Shown: in pieces, positions 9,510 to 18,880 of the stretch
Layout: each line of letters starts with the position of its first letter
Numbering within the stretch: the first letter of the stretch is position 1
NCBI GenBank assembly: GCA_050186295.1
Contig: JBFWYP010000001.1
Location: 70,069-134,068, forward strand
Source: Thermoanaerobaculia bacterium
GTDB lineage: Bacteria; Acidobacteriota; Thermoanaerobaculia; Multivoradales; JAGPDF01
Direction of reading: 5' to 3'
Length of the DNA: 64,000 bases
The notes under the pieces: model-generated
The model's input: the letters and a program-made list of their open reading frames with translations, nothing else
Databases searched by the model: none
What the model was told of the DNA's origin: nothing
Program-made: the position numbers and the translations under genes

Positions 9510-10169
9510 ATGTTCCGGCTCCTCGCGCGACTCCTCGGCATGGCCCTCGCGGTCGCTCTCGCGTGGGTTCTCCTCGTCACCATCGCTCCCGGCTCGTGGG
9601 TCGCCTCCTGGGCGCCCTGCCCGCGCAACCTGGCCTGGGTTCCGGCCTGGCTGCCGCGTGCGAGTCCGCTCGGAGCGCTCAAGATCGATCTCCCCGGCGG
9701 CTCGGCGAAGCTCTGCTACGGGCGCCCATCACTCCGCGGCCGCGAGATGCTGGGTGGCGTTCTGCCGTACGGCGAGCTTTGGCGTCTCGGCGCCAACGAG
9801 CCGACGACGCTGCACGTCGACCGTGTCGTCCACATCGGCGACATGGTCCTGGCGGCGGGCAGCTATTCCCTCTACGCCTACCCCGGTTCGCGCGAGTGGG
9901 ACATCGTGGTCAATCGCAGCACGCGCCAGTGGGGCCTCGAGTCGGAGTACACCGACGAGGTTCGCGGCCAGGAGGTGGGGAGGATCCGCGTTCCGGCCGG
10001 CCGGATGGAGACTCCGGTCCAACAACTGACGTTCCGTGCCGTACCTGCGGTGACCGGAGCCGTCGATCTGATCTTCGAATGGCAGGACACGACCTGGCGC
10101 CTGCCCATCGACACCAGCCTGCACGGCGAAGAGTTCGAGGGCGGACCGCCGCCGACCCCCGAGAGCTGA
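9510..10169 (+). CDS. DUF2911-family protein (paralog of 8735..9346)
   Basis: LPYGELWRLGANEPT block parallels the upstream paralog; N-terminal hydrophobic segment; 219 aa. Confidence 0.7.
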   Translation: MFRLLARLLGMALAVALAWVLLVTIAPGSWVASWAPCPRNLAWVPAWLPRASPLGALKIDLPGGSAKLCYGRPSLRGREMLGGVLPYGELWRLGANEPTTLHVDRVVHIGDMVLAAGSYSLYAYPGSREWDIVVNRSTRQWGLESEYTDEVRGQEVGRIRVPAGRMETPVQQLTFRAVPAVTGAVDLIFEWQDTTWRLPIDTSLHGEEFEGGPPPTPES

Positions 10170-10173
10170 CCCG

Positions 10174-11400
10174 TCAGATCACTCCGCCGGCGCGAAGCCG
10201 CGCGAGCTCGTCGGCGTCGAGGCCGAGCTCCCCGCGGTAGACCTCGTCGTTCGCGGCCCCGAGCTCGCCCCCGGCGAACCGAGTTTCTCCCGGGGTTTCT
10301 TCGAGACGGGGTCGCATCGCCGGGACGGTCCACTCGGATCCGGCGCCCGGCACCCTTTCGAACAGCTCACGCGCACGATAGTGCGGGTCGTCGAACATGT
10401 CGGCGACGGTGAACTCGGTCGAGGCCGGCACCGAAGCGCGATCGAGCGCTGCGACGACTTCCGACGCGGTGCGACGCGCCGTCCAGCTCGAGATGGCGTC
10501 GTCGATCTCCGCCTGCCGTGCCACCCGTGCCGCGTTGCCACCGAGCTCATCGTCGGCGGCGAGGTCCGGCCGCCCGATCTCGCGCATCAGCCGGCGGAAG
10601 TTCGCCGCGTTGTTGGCACCGATCACCACCTTGCGCCCGTCGGCGGCGGAATAGGCGTTCGACGGCACGATGCCGGAGATCGTCGGCCCCGAGGGCCCGC
10701 GCACGAGCCCGCCGTGGGCGAACTCCGGCACCACCGACTCGAGCACGTTGAAGACCGACTCGAAGATCGCGACATCGACCACCTGCCCGATCCCGTCGCG
10801 GCGCCTCGCTTCGAGTGCCAGCAGTATGCCGAGCGCCGCGTGCAGTCCGGCGAGCGAATCGCCGAGCGAGAGATTCGATCGCACCGACTCCTGCCCCGGC
10901 ATGCCGGTGAGATGGCGGAGGCCGCCGAACGCCTCGCAGACCGAAGCGTAGCCGGGCCGGTGGGAATAGGGTCCCGTCTGGCCGAAACCGGAGAGTCGCG
11001 CCACCACGAGACCGGGATGGTCCCGGCGCAGAGACTCCGGATCGAGCCCCCAACTCTCCATCGTGCCGGGCCGGAAGTTCTCGATCACGACGTCCGTACC
11101 GGCGATCAGTCGGCGCGCGAGCGCCTGACCCTCGGAGCGTGAGAGATCGAGCGTGATGCAACGCTTGTTGCGGGAGATCGACCGCCACCAGTAGGAGGTG
11201 CCGTCGTCGTCGAGCTCGCGCCAGGTGCGGATCGGATCGCCGCGCCCGGGCGGTTCCACCTTGATCACGTCGGCGCCGAAGTAGGCGAGCAGCGCGCCGG
11301 CGAACGGCCCGGCGAGGATCTGACCCAGCTCGAGAACGCGCAGGCCGGCGAGCGGCGGTGCGCGACGCGCGGCGGGAGACCGGTCGGAAGGGGCGCTCAC
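10174..11400 (-). CDS. CoA transferase family III (CaiB/BaiF-type)
   Basis: LAGLRVLELGQILAGPFAGALLAYFGADVIKVEPP is the family III CoA-transferase N-terminal signature. I trimmed the start to a GTG at 11400 (VSAPSDR...). The track start at 11505 would overlap the divergent GGDEF gene. Confidence 0.85.
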   Translation of the reverse strand: MSAPSDRSPAARRAPPLAGLRVLELGQILAGPFAGALLAYFGADVIKVEPPGRGDPIRTWRELDDDGTSYWWRSISRNKRCITLDLSRSEGQALARRLIAGTDVVIENFRPGTMESWGLDPESLRRDHPGLVVARLSGFGQTGPYSHRPGYASVCEAFGGLRHLTGMPGQESVRSNLSLGDSLAGLHAALGILLALEARRRDGIGQVVDVAIFESVFNVLESVVPEFAHGGLVRGPSGPTISGIVPSNAYSAADGRKVVIGANNAANFRRLMREIGRPDLAADDELGGNAARVARQAEIDDAISSWTARRTASEVVAALDRASVPASTEFTVADMFDDPHYRARELFERVPGAGSEWTVPAMRPRLEETPGETRFAGGELGAANDEVYRGELGLDADELARLRAGGVI

Positions 11401-11483
11401 ACCGCCGGACTCTACCTGCCGGTCCGGTCGGGGCGCGATGCTAGACTGCCGCCCATCACGTCCTCCGGGGAGGCGCCAGCGCC

Positions 11484-12902
11484 GTGCGCATGTCGCTCCG
11501 AACAAAACTTTTCCTCAGCCATTTCCTCGCCGTGCTCCTGGTCTCCGGCAGCATCGGGACCTACTTCTACAAGCAGGCGACGGGCAGCCTCCTCGAGAAC
11601 CTCCGCGCCCGTCTCTCCCAGAGCGCGGGCCTCCTCGCGCGGACGATCGACGCCGACGACCTCGGTACGATCCGCTCGGAGGCGGATCGCGCGCTGCCCG
11701 GCTACGCGGAGCATCTCCGTCTGCTGCGCGACTTCCAGACCGCCAATCCGGACGTGGCCTTCATCTACGTCATGCGGCGCGATGGCGACGACGTCCGCTT
11801 CGTTCTCGACTCCGATCGCTCCGGGGAGCAGGCCGCTCCGGGAGAGCTCTACGAAGCCGACGTTCCGCGCCTGCGCGAGGGGTTCGATCACCCGGCGGCC
11901 GACGAGGAGATCCAGACCGATCGCTGGGGCTCGTTCCTCTCCGGCTACGCGCCGCTCAAGAACGGCAGGGGGCAGTACCTCGTCGGACTCGACATGCGGG
12001 CCGACGAGGTGCAGCGCAAGTTCCGCCGCATCCGGGTCGCTGGAGTGCTCTCCCTCGTCGCGTCCGTCCTCTTCGCGGCACTCTTCAGCCACTATCTCGC
12101 TTCGCGGATCACCCGGCCGCTGCGGCAGGTCATCGCCCGCACCGCCGAGATCGCGCGCGGCGAGCTCGGTGGCGAGCTCCCGCTCGAGAGCGGCGACGAG
12201 CTCGACGGTCTGGTGCTGGCCGTCAACCGGATGACCGCCGAGCTCCGCGAGAGCCAGAAGCGCCGCGATCAGGCGATGGCCGACCTGGCGCGCTCCAACG
12301 AGAATCTCGAGGAGCGCATCGCCGAGCGGACGCTCAAGCTCTCGGAGCTCAACGCCGCGATGCTGGCCGAGATCGAGGAGCGCAAGCGCGTCGAAGCGAG
12401 TCTGCAGAAGGCCGCGACCAGCGATTACCTGACGGGCCTGCTGAACCGCCCGGCGATGCTCAATCTGCTCGAGCAGGAGGCGGAACGGATGCGGCGGAAA
12501 ACGGCCCCGTACTCCCTGGCGCTCGCCGACCTCGACGACTTCAAGACGCTCAACGACCGGCACGGCCACGCCGTCGGCGACCGCGCCCTGGCGGCGATCG
12601 CCGACCATATGCGGGCCGGCCTGCGGCGCCAGGACGCCGTCTGCCGCTGGGGCGGCGACGAGCTCCTCGTCTTCCTCCCCGAAACCGGCCTCGAAGGGGC
12701 GTTCGAGGCGGCGGAGAAGATCCGTCTGCAGTTCTCCGAGGTCCCGATGATCGTGCAGGGGGTCGAGATCCGGTTGACGGTCTCGCTCGGGGTCGCCGAA
12801 GCCGCGGTCGAAGAACCGGCTGCGGACGTCGTCCGGAGGGCCGACGAGGCGCTCTACCGCGCCAAGCAGACCGGCCGTAACCGGGTCGCCCGCTCCGCCT
12901 GA
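11484..12902 (+). CDS. Diguanylate cyclase (GGDEF domain) with N-terminal TM/periplasmic sensor and HAMP/coiled-coil
   Basis: 472 aa with an N-terminal TM helix, an internal TM followed by a HAMP-like region, and a C-terminal GGDEF domain. The motif reads RWGGDEL (GGDEL variant) with an upstream RxxD I-site (RRQD). Confidence 0.85.
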   Translation: MRMSLRTKLFLSHFLAVLLVSGSIGTYFYKQATGSLLENLRARLSQSAGLLARTIDADDLGTIRSEADRALPGYAEHLRLLRDFQTANPDVAFIYVMRRDGDDVRFVLDSDRSGEQAAPGELYEADVPRLREGFDHPAADEEIQTDRWGSFLSGYAPLKNGRGQYLVGLDMRADEVQRKFRRIRVAGVLSLVASVLFAALFSHYLASRITRPLRQVIARTAEIARGELGGELPLESGDELDGLVLAVNRMTAELRESQKRRDQAMADLARSNENLEERIAERTLKLSELNAAMLAEIEERKRVEASLQKAATSDYLTGLLNRPAMLNLLEQEAERMRRKTAPYSLALADLDDFKTLNDRHGHAVGDRALAAIADHMRAGLRRQDAVCRWGGDELLVFLPETGLEGAFEAAEKIRLQFSEVPMIVQGVEIRLTVSLGVAEAAVEEPAADVVRRADEALYRAKQTGRNRVARSA

Positions 12903-12909
12903 CGAACGC

Positions 12910-14169
12910 TCAGACCCAGAGCAGACCCAGCGCGAAGAGTCCGGCGAAGAGCGCGAGGGCCGTCAGCACCCGGAGCCGGAAGCCGCTGGCGCCGAGCGCC
13001 GCGACGAGCGCCCCCTTGAAGGTCGTGTTGGCGATCATTCCGACAAGGAGGGCACGCGCCGCGATCGTCGGGTCGAGGCCGCCCTTCGCCAGCTCGGTGG
13101 TCGAGAAGGTCAGTGCGTCGAGGTCGGTGAGCCCGACGAGCGCTGCGCCGCCGACGATCCCCGATTCGCCCAGGCGCTCGCGCACCGCACCGAGCACCCA
13201 GAGGACGACCTGGAACAGGACCACCATCTGGATCGCCGATCCCAGGCGCAGCGGGCTCGCCGGAAGCTGCGCCTCGATCTCTTCGCCTCCCCGCGTCGAG
13301 CGCCAGATCGCGGCGCCGACGAAGACCGCACCGGCGAAGAGCGGCAGAACGAGCGCCGGGAGGAGCGCGCGGCCGACGTCGCGCTGCAGTACCCAGGAGA
13401 GAACGCCGACCCGGAGCGGCAGAACGGTCGACGCGGCGACGACGCCGAGCGCCAGCCCGAGTCTCGCCTTCTCCATGCGCCGGCTCTCGCGCGAGAAGTG
13501 CAGTGTCACGGCGGTCGACGAAACGATGCCGCCGAGCAGACCGGCGATGCCGTAGCCGCGCTCGGGCCCGGCGAGACGCATCGCCACGTAGCCGGCGAAC
13601 GACAGGCCGGCGAAGACCAGGACCAACCCCCAGAGCTTCTGCGGCTCGATACCGCCGAGTCCGGCGAGCGGTCCTTTCGGCAGCAGCGGCAGGAGGACGA
13701 GCGCGAGAGCGGCGAATCGCGCAGCGGCTTCGATCTCCCGGGGACGGAGCTTCGCCACCGCTCCGTGGAGCGGACCCTTGGAGACAAGAACCAGGGCGGT
13801 GAGCGCCGCGATGGCGCTCGCGGGAACGAACAGCCCCCAACCGGCGAGCGCACCGGCCCCGAGGACGACGATCGCCGCCACCTCGGTCGTCGCGTCGATC
13901 GTCCCCTGCCAGGCGGAGACGAAGTAGGCGATGGCGACGCTCAGAAGCGCTCCACCGAGCAGCACGGCGCCGATCCGCGGATCGACGTCGCGGGTGAGGA
14001 TCGCGGAGATCCCGCCGATCAGCCCGAGGAGCAGGAAGGTCCGCACACCTCCGAACCGGGTGTTCGGTTTCTCGCGGCCGGCGGACCACTCCCGCTCGAC
14101 ACCGACCGCGAAACCGGCGAGCGCCGCCACGGCGAGTTGCAGGAGAAGAGTCTGCGCTCCGTCGCTCAT
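12910..14169 (-). CDS. MgtC/SapB-family membrane protein with DUF4010 C-terminal domain
   Basis: I trimmed the track ORF (12910..15333) to an internal ATG at 14169, counted from the C-terminus. The N-terminus AVGVEREWSAGREKPNTRFGGVRTFLLLGL matches the MgtC family, followed by a multi-TM DUF4010-like region. Confidence 0.7.
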   Translation of the reverse strand: MSDGAQTLLLQLAVAALAGFAVGVEREWSAGREKPNTRFGGVRTFLLLGLIGGISAILTRDVDPRIGAVLLGGALLSVAIAYFVSAWQGTIDATTEVAAIVVLGAGALAGWGLFVPASAIAALTALVLVSKGPLHGAVAKLRPREIEAAARFAALALVLLPLLPKGPLAGLGGIEPQKLWGLVLVFAGLSFAGYVAMRLAGPERGYGIAGLLGGIVSSTAVTLHFSRESRRMEKARLGLALGVVAASTVLPLRVGVLSWVLQRDVGRALLPALVLPLFAGAVFVGAAIWRSTRGGEEIEAQLPASPLRLGSAIQMVVLFQVVLWVLGAVRERLGESGIVGGAALVGLTDLDALTFSTTELAKGGLDPTIAARALLVGMIANTTFKGALVAALGASGFRLRVLTALALFAGLFALGLLWV

Positions 14170-14699
14170 GCGGCTCTCCGGCCGGCGGTGCGAGCGAGAC
14201 CCCAGTGCGAGACGAGGGCGAGAGCGGCGGCGAGCAGATTGAATCCGATGTCGCGCGGATCGTAGTGGCGATTGGGCAGCATCCCCTGCACGATCTCGTC
14301 GGCCCAGCCGATCGCCCCGGCGGCCGCGAAGGCGAACCAGCCGGCCGCGCGCCGGCGCTCGGCGAACGCCGCGCGGAGGAGCAGTGCCAGCCCTCCGTAC
14401 TCCACCAGATGAAGGCGCTCCTGGGCCACGTCGAGCGACAGCGCGACGGCCGCGAAGAGGATCGCGGAGAGGGCGAGCACGCCCCACTCGGCGGCGCGCG
14501 CGCGGCGATGCCACATCCAGCCGAGAACCGCCCCGGACGCGACCAAGAAGACGGCGCCGACCGAAAGGCGGAGCAGATTGCGCTCGCGCAGCGCATCGAG
14601 CACGAACTGCAGCGGATAGAGCGACGCGAAGAGTGCTGCCGTGGTGAACGCCACGGCGATCCAGAGCCGCTTCTCGCGGGGGCTGATGGCGCCGGCCAC
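14166..14699 (-). CDS. VanZ-like family membrane protein
   Basis: 177 aa with four hydrophobic helices; the DEIVQGMLPNRHYDPRDIGFNLLAA block is typical of VanZ-like proteins. There is a 4 nt ATGA overlap with the downstream MgtC-like gene. Confidence 0.65.
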   Translation of the reverse strand: MAGAISPREKRLWIAVAFTTAALFASLYPLQFVLDALRERNLLRLSVGAVFLVASGAVLGWMWHRRARAAEWGVLALSAILFAAVALSLDVAQERLHLVEYGGLALLLRAAFAERRRAAGWFAFAAAGAIGWADEIVQGMLPNRHYDPRDIGFNLLAAALALVSHWGLARTAGRRAA

Positions 14700-14708
14700 G
14701 AGGCGAGC

Positions 14709-15518
14709 CTAGCGCAGGGCGGTGACGCCCCGGCGATCGCGACGACCGACGATCAGGTCCTGATAGGTCGCGGCTCCGGGGGCTCCCGTCCACGATCCGC
14801 GGTCGACGTCTCCTTCGAGCTCGAAGCCCGCCTTCGCGAGGGTCGCGAGAAGCCACTCCCGCTCGAACGCCGTCGCCTGCTCGGGCCTGTCCGGGAAAGC
14901 GGTCCAACCGCCGCCCCGGAGCTCGTGGCGGAAATCGAACCCCGTCCTCCCTTCCCTCGCGAGCCTCCGCACTCCGTCGTCGAGCACGAAGAACGTCGCC
15001 AGGAGCCGACCGCCCCGGCGCAACGCCCGAGCCAGTTCCGAGAGGTACCGCTCCACGGCGGCGGCGTCGAGGTGCGTCAGAAGGGAAGTGGCGAGCGCGA
15101 AGTCGAACTCTCCGTCGCCCACCGGGAGTACGGCACGCTCCGGCGGAACTCCCCCCTCGGCGTGGTAGTAGGCGCTGTGAACGTCGAGCCAGGCGAAGCG
15201 GAAGCGGGGATCGCGCGATGCGATCTCCGCTTCGTTCCAGGCGATGTAGTGCGGAGCGACGTCGACCCCGAGATAGCTCGCCCGCCGTGACAGATACGAG
15301 CGCAGCGGCTGGACGACGCGGCCGAGTCCGCAACCGAGGTCGAGCAGCCGGTCGTCGCGGCCGAGTCCGCCCCTTTCGACGAGCAGTCCCGCCAGCTCTT
15401 CGCCGACGGCTCTCCAGTCTCCCCCACCCACACCCGCGCGCATCGCGAGCGGCGGTTCGGGCAGGGGCCGCCGCAGCCAGCCTGCGACGCGGCGCCGGAG
15501 TCTTCCCAGGCGGGTCAC
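14709..15518 (-). CDS. Class I SAM-dependent methyltransferase
   Basis: LLDLGCGLGR glycine-rich SAM-binding motif; 269 aa; true start may be the internal Met (MRAGVGG). Confidence 0.7.
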   Translation of the reverse strand: MTRLGRLRRRVAGWLRRPLPEPPLAMRAGVGGGDWRAVGEELAGLLVERGGLGRDDRLLDLGCGLGRVVQPLRSYLSRRASYLGVDVAPHYIAWNEAEIASRDPRFRFAWLDVHSAYYHAEGGVPPERAVLPVGDGEFDFALATSLLTHLDAAAVERYLSELARALRRGGRLLATFFVLDDGVRRLAREGRTGFDFRHELRGGGWTAFPDRPEQATAFEREWLLATLAKAGFELEGDVDRGSWTGAPGAATYQDLIVGRRDRRGVTALR

Positions 15519-15528
15519 CTACCCGCGG

Positions 15529-16800
15529 TCAGTCCATCTGTTTGCGCAACACCGTCGGGATGTCGTAGTCGTCGACGTTCGACCAGTTGGGACCGAAGCC
15601 GCCGGGATCGTCCCCCTTCGAGCCCTGGGCGATGGCCTTGCGGTAGAACGGGATCTCCGCCGGGTCCTCCCGCTTCGTCTCTCCCGCCACCGGCCGGACG
15701 ACCCCCGAGCCGGGGGAGGCGTAGCGCGGCGTCGGAGTCGCCGGGACGGCGCCGGGGCGGTTGCCCAGCGGGAACGGCTGGACCTGGGCGTCGGGAAGCT
15801 CGCCGGCGTAACGGAAGCCGGTCGCGATCACCGTCACCTTCATCTCCTCGTCGAGCGCCTCGTCGATCACCATGCCGGAGATGATGTTGGCGTCGGGGTC
15901 GACCGCGCTCTGGATGATCCGGGCCGCCTCGGCGACCTCGTGGAGTGTCAGGTCGCGACCACCGGAAATGTTGATCAGCACGCCCTTCGCGCCCTCGATC
16001 GAAGTCTCCTCGAGCAGCGGCGAGCTGATCGCCCGCTGCGCCGCTTCGAGCGCCCGGTTCTCACCCTTGGCGATGCCGGTACCCATCAGCGCCATTCCCA
16101 TGCCGGACATGATCGCGCGCACGTCGGCGAAGTCGACGTTCACCTCGCCGGGAATCGTGATCAGGTCGGAGATGCCCTGGACCGCCTGGCGCAGGACGTC
16201 GTCGGCGATGCGGAACGCCTCGGCGAGCGGTGTGCCACGCTCGACGAACGAAAGCAGCCGCTCGTTCGGGATCGTGATCAGGGTGTCGACCGAGCCGCGC
16301 AGCTCCTCGATGCCGCGCTCCGCCACGAGCATACGGCGCTTGCCCTCGAAGGCGAACGGCTTGGTCACGACGGCGACGGTCAGCGCGCCGATCTCGGCGG
16401 CGAGCGAGGCGAGGATCGGCAGCGCGCCGGTCCCGGTGCCGCCGCCCATGCCGGCCGTGAGGAAGATCATGTCGGCGCCGTCCAGCATCTCGAGGATCTT
16501 CTCGGTGTCCTCGAGCGCCGCCTTGCGGCCGACTTCCGGGTCGGCCCCGGCGCCCAGCCCGCGCGTCATCTGGTTGCCGAGCTGGAGCTTGCCCGGTGCC
16601 TTGCACTTGACCAGCGCCTGGAGGTCGGTGTTGGCGGCAATGAACTCGATGCCGCGCAGATTCGACGCGATCATCCGGTTCACCGCGTTGCCGCCGCCGC
16701 CGCCCACGCCGATCACCTTGATCTTCGCCGGCGCCATGTCGGAGTCGAGCATCGCCAGCGGCGAGTTCTTCATCTCTTCGCGATCGTCGAACAGGATCAT
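15529..16800 (-). CDS. ftsZ: Cell division GTPase FtsZ
   Basis: Tubulin signature GGGTGTG and overall FtsZ sequence ([17 protein letters not shown]...), 423 aa. Confidence 0.97.
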   Translation of the reverse strand: MILFDDREEMKNSPLAMLDSDMAPAKIKVIGVGGGGGNAVNRMIASNLRGIEFIAANTDLQALVKCKAPGKLQLGNQMTRGLGAGADPEVGRKAALEDTEKILEMLDGADMIFLTAGMGGGTGTGALPILASLAAEIGALTVAVVTKPFAFEGKRRMLVAERGIEELRGSVDTLITIPNERLLSFVERGTPLAEAFRIADDVLRQAVQGISDLITIPGEVNVDFADVRAIMSGMGMALMGTGIAKGENRALEAAQRAISSPLLEETSIEGAKGVLINISGGRDLTLHEVAEAARIIQSAVDPDANIISGMVIDEALDEEMKVTVIATGFRYAGELPDAQVQPFPLGNRPGAVPATPTPRYASPGSGVVRPVAGETKREDPAEIPFYRKAIAQGSKGDDPGGFGPNWSNVDDYDIPTVLRKQMD

Positions 16801-16832
16801 TTCGTTCTCCCTTTTCTGCGTATCCGGAGGCT

Positions 16833-18071
16833 CTAGAGCAGGTCCGAAAACACGTTGCGCAGGCTGCCCATCATGCCGCGCATCGAAAACCCGGCGCGTC
16901 GCGGGCGGCGCTCCTGATGCTGCTCCACTCCGATCCCGTAGTGGAGCAGTCCCGCCGCCGTCGCCCAGCCGGGTGAGTTGATGACATCCACGAGTCCGGC
17001 GAGCCCCTGGGGCAGGCCGTAACGAACACTGGTGTTGAACGCCTGCCCCACCAGCTCGAGCAGTCCGTCGAGCTGCGCGCCGCCGCCGGTGAGGACGATG
17101 CCGCCGCGCAGGCGACCGTCCCAGCCGTTCTTCGCCAGATCGTCGCGGACGAGCGAGACCAGCTCTTCGGCGCGCGGCTGGAGGATCTCGCAGATCTCGC
17201 GCCGCGGGACGACCCGCGCCGAACCTCCGGCGACCGCGGGCACCGAGACGCCCTCCTCCTCCTGCACCATCGAGAGCAGGCAGCAGCCTTCCTTCGTCTT
17301 GATCCGTTCCGCCTCGGCGTACGGCGTACGCAGCACCATCGCCAGATCGTTCGTGAAGTGCCCGGCGCCGACGGGAAGGACGGCCGAGTGCTGCACTTCG
17401 CCTTCGGCGAAGAGCGCGTAACCGGAGGTGCCGGAACCGATATCGAGGACGAGCGCGCCGAGATCGCGTTCGTCCGGCGTGAGGGTCGCTTCGGCCGTGG
17501 CCAGCGGCTCGAAGACCATCTCCGCCACTTCGATTCCGGCGCGGTTGACGCAGGTCAGGAGCGTCTTCGATCGCGCCGCCTGCCCGGTGACGAGGTGCAC
17601 CTGGACCTCGAGCCGGCTGCCGAGCATCCCCAGCGGATCGCTGATTCCACCCTGTTCGTCGACGACGAACTCCTGCGGAATGGCGTGCAGGATCTCGCGG
17701 TCCGAAGGCAGGGCGGCCGACTGCGCGGCGTCCAGCGCGCGCTGGATGTCGCCCTTGCCGATCTCGCGGTCCTTGCGCGACACCGTGACCATGCCGCGGG
17801 CGTTGACCGACCGCATGTCGGCTCCGGCGACGCCGACGTAGGCGCGGGAGATCTCGACCCCGGCCATCACCTCGGCCTCCTCGCTCGCCGCTTTGAGCGC
17901 CTCGACCGCGGCCTCCACGTTGACGATGTTGCCGCGTCGCGTGCCGCGGTTCGGCGCCTGTCCGCGACCGGCGACCTCGAGTCCGCCACGCGCGTCACGC
18001 TGGCCGATCAGCACGGCCACCTTGGAGGAGCCGATGTCGATCCCTACGACGTACTGTTCTGCTTTGGCCAT
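16833..18071 (-). CDS. ftsA: Cell division protein FtsA
   Basis: Actin-like ATPase starting [24 protein letters not shown] trimmed the track ORF (to 18932) to the ATG at 18071, counted from the C-terminus. Confidence 0.95.
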   Translation of the reverse strand: MAKAEQYVVGIDIGSSKVAVLIGQRDARGGLEVAGRGQAPNRGTRRGNIVNVEAAVEALKAASEEAEVMAGVEISRAYVGVAGADMRSVNARGMVTVSRKDREIGKGDIQRALDAAQSAALPSDREILHAIPQEFVVDEQGGISDPLGMLGSRLEVQVHLVTGQAARSKTLLTCVNRAGIEVAEMVFEPLATAEATLTPDERDLGALVLDIGSGTSGYALFAEGEVQHSAVLPVGAGHFTNDLAMVLRTPYAEAERIKTKEGCCLLSMVQEEEGVSVPAVAGGSARVVPRREICEILQPRAEELVSLVRDDLAKNGWDGRLRGGIVLTGGGAQLDGLLELVGQAFNTSVRYGLPQGLAGLVDVINSPGWATAAGLLHYGIGVEQHQERRPRRAGFSMRGMMGSLRNVFSDLL

Positions 18072-18880
18072 TCCCCTGTCCTCTCTCTCGGAGCGGGTTG
18101 AAAGACAATTCGACGATCGAAACGGAGATCGATGAAGGCGACACCGCCGTAGCGGCGTTCGAGCTCGGGGAGCAGCGTGCGCACGCTCTCCAGACGCGCC
18201 GCGAGCGTGCCCGCGCGGACCAGCAGCGGGAACGGCCACAGGCTCGTGTGGATGCGGAAGTCTCCGCCCCCGAGAAGTTCGATCTCCGACAAGGACTGAA
18301 AGAGCTCCGGCGGGCCGGCCACCTCGAGCTCGTGCGACAAAGCGAACGCTTCCGCCGGATCCGTTTCGAACCGGCTGGCCTTCGAGATGAGCAGCAGGTC
18401 CCCGGGGCCGTGCTCCGGATCGTAGGGCGCGATGACCCTGCCCTTCCCGTCCAGGTACGACAGCGTCGCGCCGTCGTGGAACAGCGCTGCGGGACTGCGC
18501 TCGACGACGTCGAGGACGATCCGGTTGGGCAGACGCTTCTCCACCGTGACTCGGTCCACCCAGGGATGCTCGGCGATCCGCGCGCGGACGTCGGGCAGCT
18601 CGAGGCGGAACAGATTCTTCCCGACGAGCGGCGCGAGCGCCTCGTTCACCCAGGCGTCGGAGACGTGCGGGTGCGGCCCGAACTCGACGGCACCGAGGGC
18701 GAAGGTGGGAGAGGTGAACAGCCAGAGCGCCACCGCGGTCGGTCCGCCCACCATCACGAGCGCCTGCGCGAAATGCCGGCCGATCGCCAACCACGGGTTC
18801 CGACGGCGCACCCGGACGGCGCTCGCGGGGCGGCGAAACGGCAGCACACGCGCATCGGCGCCTGGCAGCTCGCGGCTCAC
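18044..18880 (-). CDS. ftsQ: Cell division protein FtsQ/DivIB
   Basis: N-terminal TM helix followed by a POTRA-like domain; sits between murC and ftsA. Confidence 0.85.
   Translation of the reverse strand: MSRELPGADARVLPFRRPASAVRVRRRNPWLAIGRHFAQALVMVGGPTAVALWLFTSPTFALGAVEFGPHPHVSDAWVNEALAPLVGKNLFRLELPDVRARIAEHPWVDRVTVEKRLPNRIVLDVVERSPAALFHDGATLSYLDGKGRVIAPYDPEHGPGDLLLISKASRFETDPAEAFALSHELEVAGPPELFQSLSEIELLGGGDFRIHTSLWPFPLLVRAGTLAARLESVRTLLPELERRYGGVAFIDLRFDRRIVFQPAPRERTGEWPKQNSTS

Noticed and set aside
12910-15333. Long 5' extensions of track ORFs: 12910..15333, 16833..18932, 18877..20976, 22488..25091, 31529..35062, 44647..48465, 46170..51644, 54381..57101, 57302..59473
   Set aside because: The upstream portions are Arg-rich and overlap upstream genes in other frames. 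Conserved N-termini (FtsA MAKAEQ, MurC MFHRFAG, MurD MSGST, and others) and ATGA/GTGA coupling sites define internal starts, which I computed by counting codons back from the stop.
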